Assembly: GCA_000004695.1 (NCBI GenBank)
Contig: CM000155.2
Span: forward strand, 2,592,001 to 2,656,000
DNA length: 64,000 nt
Direction: 5' to 3'
Source: Dictyostelium discoideum
Lineage: Eukaryota
In this document: piece after piece, positions 24,142-39,132 of the stretch
Layout of the letters: every line of letters starts with the position of its first letter
Numbering within the stretch: the first letter of the stretch is position 1
Notes under the pieces: model-generated
Database searches by the model: none
What the model was told of the DNA's origin: nothing
The model's input: the letters and a program-made list of their open reading frames with translations, nothing else
Position numbers and translations under genes: made by a program

Positions 24142-24497
24142 TTTTTTTTCTTTATATATTATAATATATTCCAGCTAAGATTCCTTTATTTCCTAAATGT
24201 ATATTACCAATTATAGTTTGATGACGAAAATCAACATCAAGGTCTGAACATTTTAAATTATTATTATAAAAATTATTTTCATTTTTAAATTTATTAATTT
24301 GGTGTGTTTTTGAAATTTTATTTAAACTTATATTAATTATTGAATCTAATAAATTTTTAAAATTAGTTATAATTATTAAAAAAAAAAAATTAAATTAAAT
24401 TAAAAAAGTACTTACTAATCATTGTCATTTTATTATAAATCTTTTTTTTTTTTAAAGTTTTTTTTTAAATAAATAAATTAATTAATAAATTAAAAAA

Positions 24498-24539
<42 letters not shown>

Positions 24540-25514
24540 TTAGTATAATTAATTTTTAAGTAATGATTTTTTTATTTTTTTTTTTTTTATTTAAATATTT
24601 TTTTTTTTTTCAAAATTTATATATGAAATGAAATTTAAACACAATTAAAAAATAAAATAGAAAAAATACTATTATTACCTTTTTAAATAACTTATTATTT
24701 TCTTTGATTAATAGTAGTTTTGGTTTTGAAAGGGTGTGTGAAATATTGGTTTAAGTGTGTGTGTGTGTGTGGTGGTAGATCTATATGAATGGGGGGTAAT
24801 TGTAAATATTATTTTAAAAATTTATTTTTATCATTATCCTATTTAAATTTTAATTATCTAAATAAAAAAAGACACTTACACACACTATATAAAGGGTTTC
24901 TAAAAATAACTTTTTTTTTTTTTTTTTTTTAATTTTTTAAAAAAAAAAAAAAAAAATTTGTTGTTCATACCCAAAAAATTGAGAGAAAAAAATGGGAATT
25001 TTTTAATAAAATTTTTTAAATTTTTAAAAAAATTTTTTTAAACAAAAAAAAAAACTTAAATTTTTTAAAATAAAAAAAAAAAAATATAATTAATCATGGG
25101 TATTTAAAATTATTAAAGAAATTTTTTAATTTTTTTAATTTTTTTTTGGGGAAGGTTTGAAGAAAATTAAATTGTTGGCATGTTAATTCCCTAAATGTTT
25201 ATTACTACTTCATAATGTAGAGATTTATATTTTAACTTTAAGAAAAATAATTTTTTTTTTTTTTTTTTCAAACCTGATACCTTAAATTTCAAGAATTCAA
25301 AAAAGTTAATTATTTAACAGACATATCCCAGATTAATTTTTAAAAAATAAAATCTTTTTAAATTTCTTTTTTTTTTTTTTTTTTTTTTGATTAAATATTT
25401 TTTATTTTTTTTCCTTTTTTTTTTTCATTTTTTTTTTTTTTTTTTTTTTTTTTCTAAATTTTTTTTTATTTTTATAATTTTTTTTATTTTTTCATTTTTA
25501 AACTCTGATGAACA

Positions 25515-27683
25515 ATGGAATCGAAAATCAAATCTATTAAGAAAAAGATTGAAGAATCTAATCATTTTCAAATTCAAAGAGAATCAGTACTATTAATATA
25601 TCAATTATTACAAAATGAAAAATCAACACAAATATTTGATTCAAGTGTAATTTTATTCCTTCAATTAATTTATAATCCAAATACCCATGTTATCGAAACA
25701 ACCATCGAATGTGTAAGTAAATTATTATAATAATTATAAAAATATATTTTAATTTCTCAAAAAATAAAAACCAAACATCTACAATCAACCAACCATCTAC
25801 CCACCCACACAAATATGTGCAAAAAAAAAAAAAAAAAAAATTATATTATATTTTATTCATATATATGAATCTAACATATTTTTTTATTATTATAATTATT
25901 TTTATTTTAAAATTTTTTTTTTTTTTTTTAGATTATAAATTTAATTAAAGATAAAAAATTAAATAGAGAATTTGTATTGAATAAATTGATTGAATCTATA
26001 TCATCATTAGAGAGAGGAAATGTTGGAATAATTGTAAAAGTTATTATATTATTATCAATTGATATTGAATATATGTCAAAGATAATTAAAGAAACCAATA
26101 ATAAAGGATACTCAATATTTCCATTAAACACATTAACTAAACAACATGCACTTAGTAAACCTGAAATTTATGATTCATTCTCTATGGAGATTGAAGAATT
26201 ATTAAGTGATTCAAATATACCATCATCATTATTAGATCAAAGATTCGAATTTTTAAAACCTTTAGTTTCAAATTTATTATTAAATATTAATGAATTACCA
26301 TTAGAAACCTCATTATTACATAATAGTTTAATAAGAATAGCTCATAATATTTCAACATTATATCAACCAATTTTATCACATTTATCATCATTATTATATC
26401 TTTATAATAATAATAATAATAATAAAAATAATAAAAATAATAATGGTTCATATCAAAAAATTCAATATATTAGAGATTTAATTGATTTAATTAGATTCCC
26501 ACCACAATCATCAAATCAACTAAATCAATGTAATGAATTTCAGAAATCAATTTTATCAATAATTTATTATTTAATGAATGTTTTTATTAGTGGTTTTAAT
26601 GAAAAAGAGATATCAATTAGAAATATGGCATTAACTCAAATTCAAGATTTAATTGAATTATCACCAATTTCAACTACATTACTTTGGAATCAATCATCAT
26701 TGAATAGTAGTAGTCAAAATTTAAATACACCTGTATTGGTGGTTTTATTATTATACTTGCCATCATCATTGGTTTGTTTTCAAAAAAAGATTTTAAATAT
26801 TTTACAATCATCAATTGAATCATTATCATCAATTGATTTAAAACAAATTTTAAAATCTTCAGATAGTAATAAACAAGTTATATTACATACATTAAGATTA
26901 TCACTTTCACCAATAATTAGAATCATTTCAAATTTTAATCAACAACAACAACAACAAGAACAAGAACAACAATTACAAAATGAAAATTTAAAAAAACTAT
27001 TAAAACAAATTGAAACTTTAATTTTTACAATTTCAACAAATATTGAAAGAAATCAAGAAATCAATTCAAATCAAGATATTGATGATGAAGATATTGAAGA
27101 ATTAATTTTTAATCAATCATTACCAACATTAGATATTTATTTATTAGATAATTTTATACCAATTAATTTAGCATGGAATTTATTAATGATGAATAATAAT
27201 GATAGTAGTAGTAGAAGTAGTAATGGTGGTGATGGTGGTGATTATTTAAAATATGAAATTATACCAAGTTGGTTAGAAATTATTAAATTTAATATACTAA
27301 ATCAAAAAGAAATTATTGAAGAACAAGAAGAAGAAGAAAAAGAAAAAGAAAAAGAAAGAAAATCTTTAATTAATAAAAGTAATATTAATTTTTCAAATGA
27401 ATTTTTAATTTACTTTTTATCACCATTTTTATTTTATAAATTTAATCAACAAAATGAAATTGCAAGTGAAATTAGAATAAAAACAATTCATTTATTACCA
27501 TCAATTTGTAGAAATTCAATTGAATCAATTTCATTGATACCATTATTCTTTTTTTCAATTCAAAGAGAAGAATCTTCAAATGTAATCTTAGATTTATTAC
27601 AATCATTACCAGATTTAGCAAATAATAAAGAATGTTTAAATTCTGTTGTTAAAGTTTTATCAATTTTAGAACAACAAACAAAG

Positions 27684-27747
<64 letters not shown>

Positions 27748-29856
27748 CGTCATCAAATAGCAAGAGTAGTAGTAGTAGTATAATAATGCCATCATTTTTA
27801 TTAAGATTATATTGTAAATTATTAAAATCATCACCATTAATCTTTACAAAAATTGAAGAATTAATTTATTCAATTATTAAAGAAACAACGACAACGACAA
27901 CATTATCAACAATTGAAATTGAAAATAAAATTTCAGCAGCAATTACAATTAAAGAAATTTGTGAATTTGATTCAAATTTAGGACAAGAATTAATTCAACC
28001 ATTATCACAATTCCTTTGTAAAGATAATGATCCAACTATACTTTCAATTAGTTTAGAAGCATTGAGTAGTTTATGTGAAAATGAGATTCTATCATTTACA
28101 AGTGCTTGGAATGTAATTAAAAAGAATTTAGGTCAAGAGGAATCTTTTGAACAAGATAAAAGATCGCCAATGGTTTTATGCTCACTTTTAGATTTCTTTT
28201 CAAGAGGTGGTGTTTGTGATTTACGTGGTGAACAAAATTTAGAACAAAAAACAATTGATATTATCTCTGATATAATTCGTAGAATTTGGAATTTAACTTT
28301 TGTGAAAAATATTAATTTACAAGATAACAATCATCATGATGATTCAAATTTAAATGAAAATAATAATAATATTAATTTAAAAGTTCAATCAAAAGCATTT
28401 GAAACATTAGGAAACTTTATTAATGCACCATTATTAAATTTAGAATTATTTGAAAAAATTAAATCAAAAGTACCACATCTTTTAATAATTTTATCAAAAT
28501 ATCAAAAAAATCAAGAATCAATTGATGAAAATTTAATTTATTTATTAAATTCATTATTAAAAAATGAATTAACAGAAAAAAGATCTTTAAAAACTGCTCA
28601 TCAAAATTTAAAACAAACAAAATCAATTTCAATCTTTAGTAGTAGTAGTGGTAGCAATAATAATTGTAATAAAATATTTGAATTATTAAATAATGAATTA
28701 ATTAATGAATCAAGAACTGGTATTAAATCTGGTATTTTAGGTGGATTATTATGGTTTAATAATGATTATGATTCTCAAGTTACTACTCAACAACAACAAC
28801 AACAACAAGAAAATAATAATAATGAAATAAAGAAAAGAGTTGAAAGTAAAAAAGAAATTTTAATTAATTTTAAATTAAATAATCAAATTTTAAATGAATC
28901 AATTGAATATTTAGATCTATCAAGGGATTTATTAACAAAGTTAATGATTACATTAGGTGGTTGGAATAAATTTATGAATCAATGTTTTCAAGCTTTGAAA
29001 AAGAATGATTTAATGAGACAATCATTACCAAGTGGTACTAAATTATCAATTAAAGAAACTAATGAAAAAGTATTTAATGAAATTGAAACCATGCTATTAA
29101 AGAATATTAATGAAAATGGTTCTACAATGGTTAAAGGTGAGAATTCAGTTTATGCTTTAATTTCATTAGCAAAAACTCAATCTTCAATTTGTTATTCACA
29201 AATGGAATCAATTGTAAATCAATTAATTCAATGGATTACTAAACCAGAGGAACATTTTAAAAATGGTGAAAACTATCAGTTAATTCAATCGGCTTCTTAT
29301 TTAGGATTGGGTATTCTATTACCACATCTTTTACAAGATTCACCATTAATTAAAGAATCTATTAATATTTTAGAATTTGCTGCAACTTCATCAACAAGTA
29401 AATTAGATTCATCAATTAAATTCAATTGTTATTTATCATTAGCAATTTGTTCATTGAAATTATCATCAACAAAACATCAAAATGAAAAGAAAAGAATTAA
29501 TTTAATAATTTATAATAGTTTTTTAAATTATTTTGATAATTCAAACAATGATGTTCAACATGCTTTAAATGATCATGACCCAACATCATCAATGATATTT
29601 GGTGGATTATGTTTAGCTATTGGTTATTGTTCCGATAGTTTTGAACAACTTTCAATGTCAACACAACTCTCTAAAATTTATGAAATCATTGAAAAGAAAT
29701 TAATTAGAAATCAACAATTTTCAATTGAAAATAATTTAGCTCATAATTTACTTTTAATCTCATTTCCTTCAATTATTGGTAGTTGTTTTAAATTATCATT
29801 AATTAATTCAAATGAAATTTTAAATAATTTAATTCCAACAATTTATTTAAATCAAG

Positions 29857-29892
<36 letters not shown>

Positions 29893-30851
29893 CAATTTAT
29901 CAATGTATTGGTTATAATAATTTAATTCAAATTTTATTAAGTAAAGGTTTCACTGGTTTTGATTTATCAATGATTCAACAATTATTAATTTCAAATAATA
30001 AAATAATGAATGATGCAAATAATAACTATTCAACAAATGTAATAATTAATTCAGTTATTTCAACATCAATTTTAATTGGTTCACCAATTTTAACACAATC
30101 AAGTCAAGTTTTATTTGAATCAAGTTTAGAAAGTTCAGTTTTAAATTTTATAAATTCAAATCCAAATTCTAGAAAAGAATTTCAAAGTTTATTAAATGAA
30201 ATTATAATTTCAATGTCAAATTTATTTAAATCACCAAATACTGATAGTAAATTAATTAGATATATTTCAATTTGTTTAGGTTCAATAACTTTATCAACAA
30301 CATATAATAATAACAACAATGGTTTAAGTGGTGGCGAACCTGAAAATTTTGATCATTTATCAAATGACTTATTAATTAAAGCTTTATTTAATACTTTAAT
30401 TGATTCAACAACATCATCAACATTAAATGATTTAAATTTAACAACAGTTGAATCATGTTTAAGAATTTTAAATCAATTAAATCAAAATGATTCAATTAAA
30501 TTACCAATTGTAAATTGGAGTACAATTATAAAGAGAATTTATAGTAAATTTAGAGATAATATAAATATAAAGAAGCAATGTATTACTTTTGTATCCAAAA
30601 ATATTAAACTCTCAACATTATCAATTGTAATGTCTGAATGGTTAAGTCTTTCAAACTTTAATAGTGAATCTCAATCAATTCAATTGAAATTAATTAAATC
30701 ATTACCATTGGTTTTAAATCAATTATCACCAATACGTGTTAATTCAATCTTTGATGAAATCATTTCAAATATAATTTTAAATGATCCATTTTTAATTTGG
30801 AATAATGTTTTAAATAAATTATTTAATCAAAATGATCAAGATGATGATCAA

Positions 30852-30902
<51 letters not shown>

Positions 30903-31950
30903 CAAGATGATGATTATAAAGATTATAATAATAATAATGAAATTTTATTAAATGAAATTAAAGAAATTATTTCAAGATTTATGATTTTAAATGTAAAGAA
31001 TTTACCATCACCATTTATAAAAGAGAATGAACAATTATCAAGTGATAATATGAAATTATTAAAGATTGCAAGTAAATCATTGGTACATCTTTCAAAAGAA
31101 CAATTGCAACAATGTTTAGTTTTATTAAGTGGTATTGTTGATATTGACTCTGAAGCTAAAATTCAATATCTTTATGTTTTGGTATTAGCCAATGGTAATG
31201 GTCCATTTGGTAAGGTTACATTATCAAACTTTTACAAAATTAAGTCTTGGTGTTTCTCTTCAACTACCGCTGAACAACAAAGTAAAGTTTTATCAATTTT
31301 ACCCTATATCTTAACTAAACCATTAATTGAAAATCAAAATTCATTTACTTTTGATTCAATCTTAAATGATATCTTTGATTCAATCACACTAACTCAAAGA
31401 CAACATGTAATTGGTTTAGAATTACTTTCACAATTAATTTCAACTCAAATTAATAATTCAATCTTTGAATTTAATTCTTTCTTTAATTTATATTTTAATG
31501 TAAATATATATATTGTTTTTTTTTTATATTCTTATATATATTTTTCATATTTATTAATTTTTTTTTTTTTTTTAAATTTAATAGTTTGATAGTAATGAAA
31601 TAAAATATAATCAAATCAAATCAATTTGTAATACTTCAATATCATTTAGATATTTAGAATTGTTACCATACTATTTACAAGTATTTTATAATGGAAAATT
31701 AAATAATACAATCAATACCACTATTAAAGTTACTGATTTTATTGGAAAGTTATCTTCATTATTACAAAACAGATCATCAGTATTAGGTTTAAAAACTAAA
31801 TCAATTATTTTCTCTTCAATTTTAACATTAAATCAATTGAAATTTATTGATTCATCAGTAAATAGCGCAAATGATAATCAACTTCAACAATTGAATATCT
31901 TTAATCTTTATAAGATTTTAAAATCTTCCCCTTCAAATAATAGTAATTAA
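25515..31950 (+). CDS. very large (~2040 aa) alpha-helical repeat protein, poly-Q/poly-D tracts; family not identified
   Basis: Model: join(25515..25712, 25932..31499, 31585..31950). Introns are GTAAGT..TTTAG and GTAAAT..AATAG, both phase 0. The track's M at 25977 and 31660 are TTG codons inside exons. It contains D22 encoded by (GAT)n at 30841-30905. Confidence 0.7.
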
Positions 31951-32307
31951 TAAAATAAAAGAAATTCGATAATTCTATTTTTTATAAACTTTATATTTTT
32001 TTTTTAAAAGGTAATTGCTTATTATTTAATTTTTTTTTTTTTTTTTTAATGTTGACCAACATAATAAATATTGGTTGCCCCTAAAGGAAATAATCAACTA
32101 ATAGAGGTTTATTTATGAATTTTTAATTTTTTAAAATTATTATTTTGGTTTTGATTAAAATATACTAGATTAAAAAAGAATTTTGATTTTTAAAAAAGAT
32201 GTTATAACTATTATAATTTGTGTCTTTTTTTAATGCTTCTTTCGATGGGCCTGTCCAAGTTACTTTTTTAATTATTAAAATTAATCCAAATTGTGGTTTT
32301 CCTAATC

Positions 32308-32320
32308 GGGAATCGAACCT
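32308..32320 (-). promoter_or_regulatory. external B box for tRNA-Ala copy 1
   Basis: Minus strand GGTTCGATTCCC lies ~31 bp downstream of the tRNA 3' end. The internal T-loop (GGGATCGATACC) is a degenerate B box. Confidence 0.6.
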
Positions 32321-32350
32321 TTGATCCCATTTTTGATGATTAAAAATAAA

Positions 32351-32423
32351 TGGAGAAGAAGGGTATCGATCCCTTTACCTCTCGCATGCTAAGCGAGCGC
32401 TCTACCATCTGAGCTACATCCCC
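32351..32423 (-). tRNA. tRNA-Ala (anticodon AGC), copy 1
   Basis: GGGGATGTAGCTCAGATGGTAGAGCGCTCGCTTAGCATGCGAGAGGTAAAGGGATCGATACCCTTCTTCTCCA. The G3:U70 alanine identity pair is present. There is a U6-U67 mismatch in the acceptor stem. Confidence 0.85.
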
Positions 32424-32492
32424 TTTGATGATTTTCTTTTTTAAATACTCGAATAGGACGACATTTTTATTAATTACAATTAAAAAAACAAT

Positions 32493-32575
32493 TGCAAGAG
32501 GCGAGATTCGAACTCGCGAACCGAATGGATGAGATCTTAAGTCACACGGATTTAACCAGACTTTCCTACCCTTGC
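32493..32575 (-). tRNA. tRNA-Leu (anticodon TAA), long variable arm
   Basis: GCAAGGGTAGGAAAGTCTGGTTAAATCCGTGTGACTTAAGATCTCA + variable arm + GCGAGTTCGAATCTCGC + CTCTTGCA. Anticodon loop CTTAAGA. Confidence 0.75.
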
Positions 32576-33721
32576 TTTAGATGAAAACTTTATTTTTTAA
32601 GAAATTTTAGACCACCCTAAAATGAGATTGAAAACAACCATCTCTTTTTTTGATTATTTCATTTTTCATATAAAAAGACTAATATATTTCAATTATAATT
32701 TTATTAAAATAAGCAAACATTATACAAATTTAAATTAATATTTTCAAATAATTATTTTATTAATCATACCACTCATCTAACAATAAATATAAATTAATTT
32801 TCATTTCGGATTAATATTCTAATATTCTCATTGTTAAAACTATAAACAAATATACAAATTAAAAAAATTTAAATTATTTCCCCCTGATCTCAACACAAAA
32901 GTCAAATTTAAATGGTCATATGATTTTGTTCTTGAGAATGAGATCTCTGTATTACCATTTGAATTTGATTTTTGTGTTGAGATCGGGTTACAAAACCATG
33001 TTTTTTTATTGGCCCGTAAGAATTTCTTGCAGATTTGATTATCCAATTCAACAAAAAAAATTTGGAGTTAAAAGCGTGTAAGGCGTTGTGGTGGATGATA
33101 AATGAATGGAATATAACGAAAGCAAAAGTTCTTCGTTTTTACATCAATTATTAAATTAAAATATTAAAATATTAAAATTATTAAATTTTTTAACTCAATT
33201 CTTTTAATTATTTATTTCAAAATTTGTTTTAATAGAAATTATATATTCTTAAATTAGTATATTATTATAAATATTTTATTATAGTAAAAACTTTCAACTG
33301 ATTTTACATAGTATAAAATGTAAATTAAAAAATTGCTATTGTCAGTTTTAAAAGTATATTACTCAGCAATGAAAATTGTTATAAATAAATTAAATTTCTA
33401 TAAAAGGTAAGATTGAACTTGTTATGCAGTAGTCTTTTACAATTTCAATTTTAATATCTTTGATTTTTTTGTTGTAGTTGTTTTTATTACAAATTAGTAG
33501 AGATCTTTTGTTGATTGCAGTGTGAAGTTTTTAAACTTTGTTGATGTAGTCTAAGTTTACAGATTTTAACCATTTTTTGAGTATAATATAATAGTCTAAT
33601 GTTTCATTTTCAATTCTTCTTCATTAAATTTAATTTAAAAAAAACATATTGTATTAAAATGATTAAGTAAAATATATTAAATAAAGATATTGTTAAATTA
33701 AAGGATTAGGTGATACTTTAT

Positions 33722-33733
33722 AGAATCGAACCT
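33722..33733 (-). promoter_or_regulatory. external B box for tRNA-Ala copy 2
   Basis: Minus strand AGGTTCGATTC. Same spacing as copy 1. Confidence 0.55.
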
Positions 33734-33761
33734 TTGATCTAAATTTTGTGATTAAAATAAA

Positions 33762-33834
33762 TGGAGAAGAAGGGTATCGATCCCTTTACCTCTCGCATGC
33801 TAAGCGAGCGCTCTACCATCTGAGCTACATCCCC
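33762..33834 (-). tRNA. tRNA-Ala (anticodon AGC), copy 2
   Basis: Identical mature sequence to copy 1, with a conserved ~45-bp 3' flank. The two copies are ~1.4 kb apart. Confidence 0.85.
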
Positions 33835-34117
33835 TTCGATGAATATTTATTTTAAATACATAGAAATATACATAAAAATTTTAAAAAAAATTAATTCCAA
33901 ATTTTTCATAATAACAAAACAACAATTTTTGGTATTATAAAAAATTAATTCCAAATTTTTTATAATAACAAAACAACAATTTTTGGTATTAATTATAATA
34001 TAGTTTTTTTTAAAGTTTTATTTTTTTTTTTTTTTATTTTTTTTTTTTTAATTATTATTATTTTTTTTTTTATTTTTTTTTTTTTATTTTTTTAATCAAT
34101 TAATTTAAATAAATAAT

Positions 34118-34835
34118 TTAATTACTTAAAGAGTGACTAATTTTAGTGGCAACAGCTAATTGAGAACGAGTTAGAGAGGATAAATAAACGATCATCAATA
34201 AATCTTTGACACTATTGTTGATAACTTTATCCATGACTTGAGCATTTGCTTTTGGTAAGGCTTGAATAGTTTTAGCGAGGAAACGACCAAGACGTGGATC
34301 ACCTTGAATTTCACCTTTTTCAACAGACTCTATATAGGAGGTGATGGATTCGAGCATTTCGTCGAGTTTTGTTAAAGAACCTTGAAGTGATTCCAATTCA
34401 GAGAGTAAACTAGTTGATTGTTGATCGTATTTAGTTTGAGCGATTGATTCGAGACCAGCATTCTCTGCTTCAAATGTTAATATCTCTAATGGAAGTTGTG
34501 AAAAGTATGAACCCAATGATGATTCTGGATTCAAACTGAGATTATGTGCCATATAGGCATGAATACCCATAGTATCATTTGTAAGTCCAGTATCAACAGT
34601 CAAATGAATTGGTGTGCTATTACCCATTTCATCACGATAGAAATTATTAATATGAACTGAATTTTCATTAATATCATTACCAGTTGCATACCACCCAATA
34701 ATTGGTTCTCTTGGTGATGATTTCAAATGTAAATCTAACATTTTTCTTTGATATTCCATTTCAACTGCAATCTAAAATAAATAAATAAATAAATAAATAT
34801 TGTTAATTATTTTATAATAAATCATTTAATAAAAT

Positions 34836-34888
<53 letters not shown>

Positions 34889-35304
34889 AAAGTTTTTTTT
34901 TTTTTTTTTTTTTTGGGTATTATTTGTTTTTTTCCTTTTTTTTGGGTATTATATGTTTTAATTCCTGTAAAAGTAAAAAAAAAAAAAAAAAACCCAAAAA
35001 TAGGTATGATCTTTTTTTTTTTTTTTTAATTTTTTAATTTTTTTTTTTTTTTTTGAAAGTATTTCATAATTCTTTTTTTAATTTTATTATAGTTGAAACT
35101 TACTTGTTCAGTTTCAGAGTGAACAACTGGAAAACAATTTCTAATTTCTAAAACACCATCATTATTAAAACCTAAAAGTGTACCAATGACACGATCTTGA
35201 CCAACATTTCTTCTAATGTAATGATCTAATATATTGAAAATTACAACTGGATGTACTTTTACTGTAACTTGTGATGGTAAAAAGATTGATGTTTCTTTTT
35301 GCAT
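34118..35304 (-). CDS. eif3F: eukaryotic translation initiation factor 3 subunit F (MPN domain), 284 aa
   Basis: Model: join(35304..35104, 34771..34118), intron GTAAGT..TTTTAG in phase 0. Alignable to human eIF3f by recall: IIGWYATGNDINENSVHINNFY..PIHLTVDT and DLLMIVYLSSLTRSQLA. Confidence 0.85.
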
Positions 35305-35600
35305 TATTTATATATGTGTATATATGCTGTGTGTGGATGAGTGGTGTTTTTGTGAAGTCTGTGGTGTGTTGATCACTGATCTTTTTTTTTTTATTCAAAT
35401 TTGTGAATTTATTTATTTTCAAAAAAAAAATTAAAAAAATTAAAAAAAAAAAAAAAAAATAAAAAATTGAAAAAAATAAAAAAAACGAGCCTCTGAAAAA
35501 AAAAAAAAAAAAAAAAAAAATTAAAAAATGAAAAAAATAATAAAAAAAAAAAAAAAAATTTGGGAGAAATTAATTGAAAATAATTTATAAATGGGGGGTG

Positions 35601-35633
<33 letters not shown>

Positions 35634-35688
35634 TCTATTTATTTTTAGATATATTAAAAATATATATCGAAATTACAATTGTTTAATC

Positions 35689-36554
35689 ATGAATACATTC
35701 ACAAATGATGGTAGTTTTATGGAACAATTTCTAAAAAGACAAGTATGGTCACAAAAATAAAAATTAAAACAATAATTATTTTTTATTTTTTTTTATTTTT
35801 ATTTTTTTTTTTTTTTGTGTGTGGTTTCCTTCTTTTATTAATTTTATTTTAATTTTTATTATTATTAGAGATTAGCAAATGAAGACTCAGAGGATCAACA
35901 ACAACAACAACAGCAGCAACAACAAAGTGGATATGACCAAAATAATTCATATTATGGTGGATCATATGATCAAAATTCATACTATGGACAACAACAACAA
36001 CAACAACAACAACAGCAACAACAACCACCACCACCACCACCTCCACCAGGTGAAGAACAGTGGGGTCAGAATCCATATGGTGGTGGATTTTCACAACAAC
36101 AACAACCACCACCACCACCACATCATCATCACCAACAACAACAATATCACCACCAACAACAGCATCAACAACATCAACAACAACAACAACAAGGTGGATA
36201 CATGGGAGGAAATGGACCAAATCAAATGGCGCCACACTATCAAAATAAAGGTGCAGGTGGACAATTGGAACCAACAAAAATCGTTTGGGCAGGTAATATT
36301 AATCCAGAATCAACAGAAGAAGAAGTACGTCATTTATTTTCACAATTTGGATACCTTCAAGCTATTAAAATCATACCAAATAAACAATGTGCTTTCATTA
36401 CTTTTGCAGATGTAAATTGTGCAATTCAAGCTCAATTTAATTTAAATGGTACAATATTTAGAGGTTTACCTTTAAAACTTGGTTTTGGTAAAGTAAGTAA
36501 AAAATTAAAATTAAAATTAAAATTAAAATTAAAATAATTTTCTAAATTTTTAAT

Positions 36555-36611
<57 letters not shown>

Positions 36612-37954
36612 CTCAAATAAAGGTTGAAAATGCACCACAAGCAAATTTTGGAGGTGGTAGATTTGATCAATATAATAAACCACATCAAGAAGAAACACCA
36701 ACTAAAAATTTATGGTTAGGTAATGTAAATTCAAATGTTTCATACGAATTATTAAAACAAATTTTTGATCAATTTGGAAATGTAGATACAATTCGTATTT
36801 TACATGGTAGAGGTTGTGCATTTGTAAATTTCTTTACAGTTGAATCTGCTGCAGCCGCAAGAAATGGTTTAAATGGTACAATGGTATGTGGAATGCCATT
36901 GAAAATTAATTTTAGAAAAGAGGAAGATTCTAGACATATAAGTGGATTTAGAGGTGGTGATAGAGATAGTAGTGGTAATGAAGGTGGATTTAGAGGTGGT
37001 CCTCCAGGTAATATTGGTGGTGGTGGTAGTGGAGAAGGTGGATATAGAGGTGATATGAATAATAGAGATAGTAGAGAAAGAGGTGGAGGTGGAGGTGGTG
37101 GTGGTGGTGGTAGTAGTGATGGTAGACCACCAAGACCATTCAGAGAAAATCAAATCCCATTACCAGCACCACCACCACAATCACCACAAGAACAACAAAT
37201 CATTGATAAACTTGCGGAATATGTAGCAAGAACAGGACCACGTTTTGAAACTTTTACATTTGAAAAACAAAGAAATAATCCATTATTTTCATTCTTAAAA
37301 CCACGTTCACCCGCAAATGATTATTATAAATGGAAACTATGGACAATTAGAAATCCTGATACTCATTCATCAAATAATGATACAAATAATGAGACTCAAT
37401 CACCATCAAATCAACAAGAAAATCAACAACAACAACAACAACAACAACCACAACAACCACCACAACAAGAAAATCAACAACAACAACAACAAATTAATTA
37501 CCCATCATCATTTTTAAATGAAAATGAAGTTAAAGAATTTAAAGATATTTTAGAAAAATTAACACCAAGTAAACCATCAGTTACAAATTGTAAGAATTGG
37601 ATAATGTCACATACAGAGAATTCGTTAGAGATAATATCGATAATAGTTGTAAACTTTCAAACGATATCATTAACATTTGCACAGAAATTGAATATACTAC
37701 ATGTGTTAAATGATTGTTTACATAATAGTGTCACCAAAAGAAGTTCTCCAAATGATTGGATGTCTGATGATTTCGCTAGATCAATTAAAGATTATTTACC
37801 ATTTATCATTGGTAGTACAGGTAGTGGTGAATCACCTGATAATCAAGAGAAAGTTTTAAAAGTTTTATCAATTTGGGATAATCAAAAATTTTATCCAAAA
37901 GATTTCATTGAATCTTTAAGAAGTGATGTAACTGATAATGAAGATTCTCAATAA
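35689..37954 (+). CDS. RNA-binding protein with two RRMs, RGG-rich region, SURP/SWAP module and C-terminal CID/RPR domain (U2SURP/SR140-like), ~669 aa
   Basis: Model: join(35689..35742?, 35869..36492, 36623..37954). Exon 2/3 introns are GTAAGT..AATAAAG; the second contains a T70 tract. RRM1 is KIVWAGNINPESTEEEVRHLFSQFGYLQAIKII. RRM2 is NLWLGNVNSNVSYELLKQIFDQFGNVDTIRIL. SURP is IIDKLAEYVARTGPRFETFTFEKQRNNPLFSFL. The 18-aa ATG first exon is tentative. Confidence 0.75.
36541..36612. repeat. poly(T) ~70 nt inside intron of the RRM/SURP/CID gene
   Basis: Read directly from the sequence. Confidence 0.9.
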
Positions 37955-38266
37955 AATAAAATTAAATAAAATAAAATAATTAATATTTAATTAATTATTA
38001 ATTAATTATTAAAATAAAAGATAAAATAAAAATAAAAATAAAAAAATAAAAAAAAAAAAAATAATAAATTATTATTATTATTATTTTTATATTTAAATAA
38101 CTATTTTTATTATAATTATTTTTTAAATTTAAATTTTGCGAGAGTGTTTGTACAATTTTAATTCCTCCATATGTTACTTTTGAGACTTGATATATATATA
38201 TGTAAATAGATTTTTTTTTTTTTTTTTTTTTTTTTTTCAATTTTTGTTTTCAATTTTTGTTTTGCT

Positions 38267-39132
<866 letters not shown>

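Noticed and set aside
35849-36415. ORFs 35879..36415 (+), 35849..36277 (-) and 36060..36248 (+)
   Set aside because: Wrong-frame readings of the CAA/CCA repeat region. The true frame, open from the acceptor at 35868, leads into RRM1. The ATG at 35879 is out of frame.
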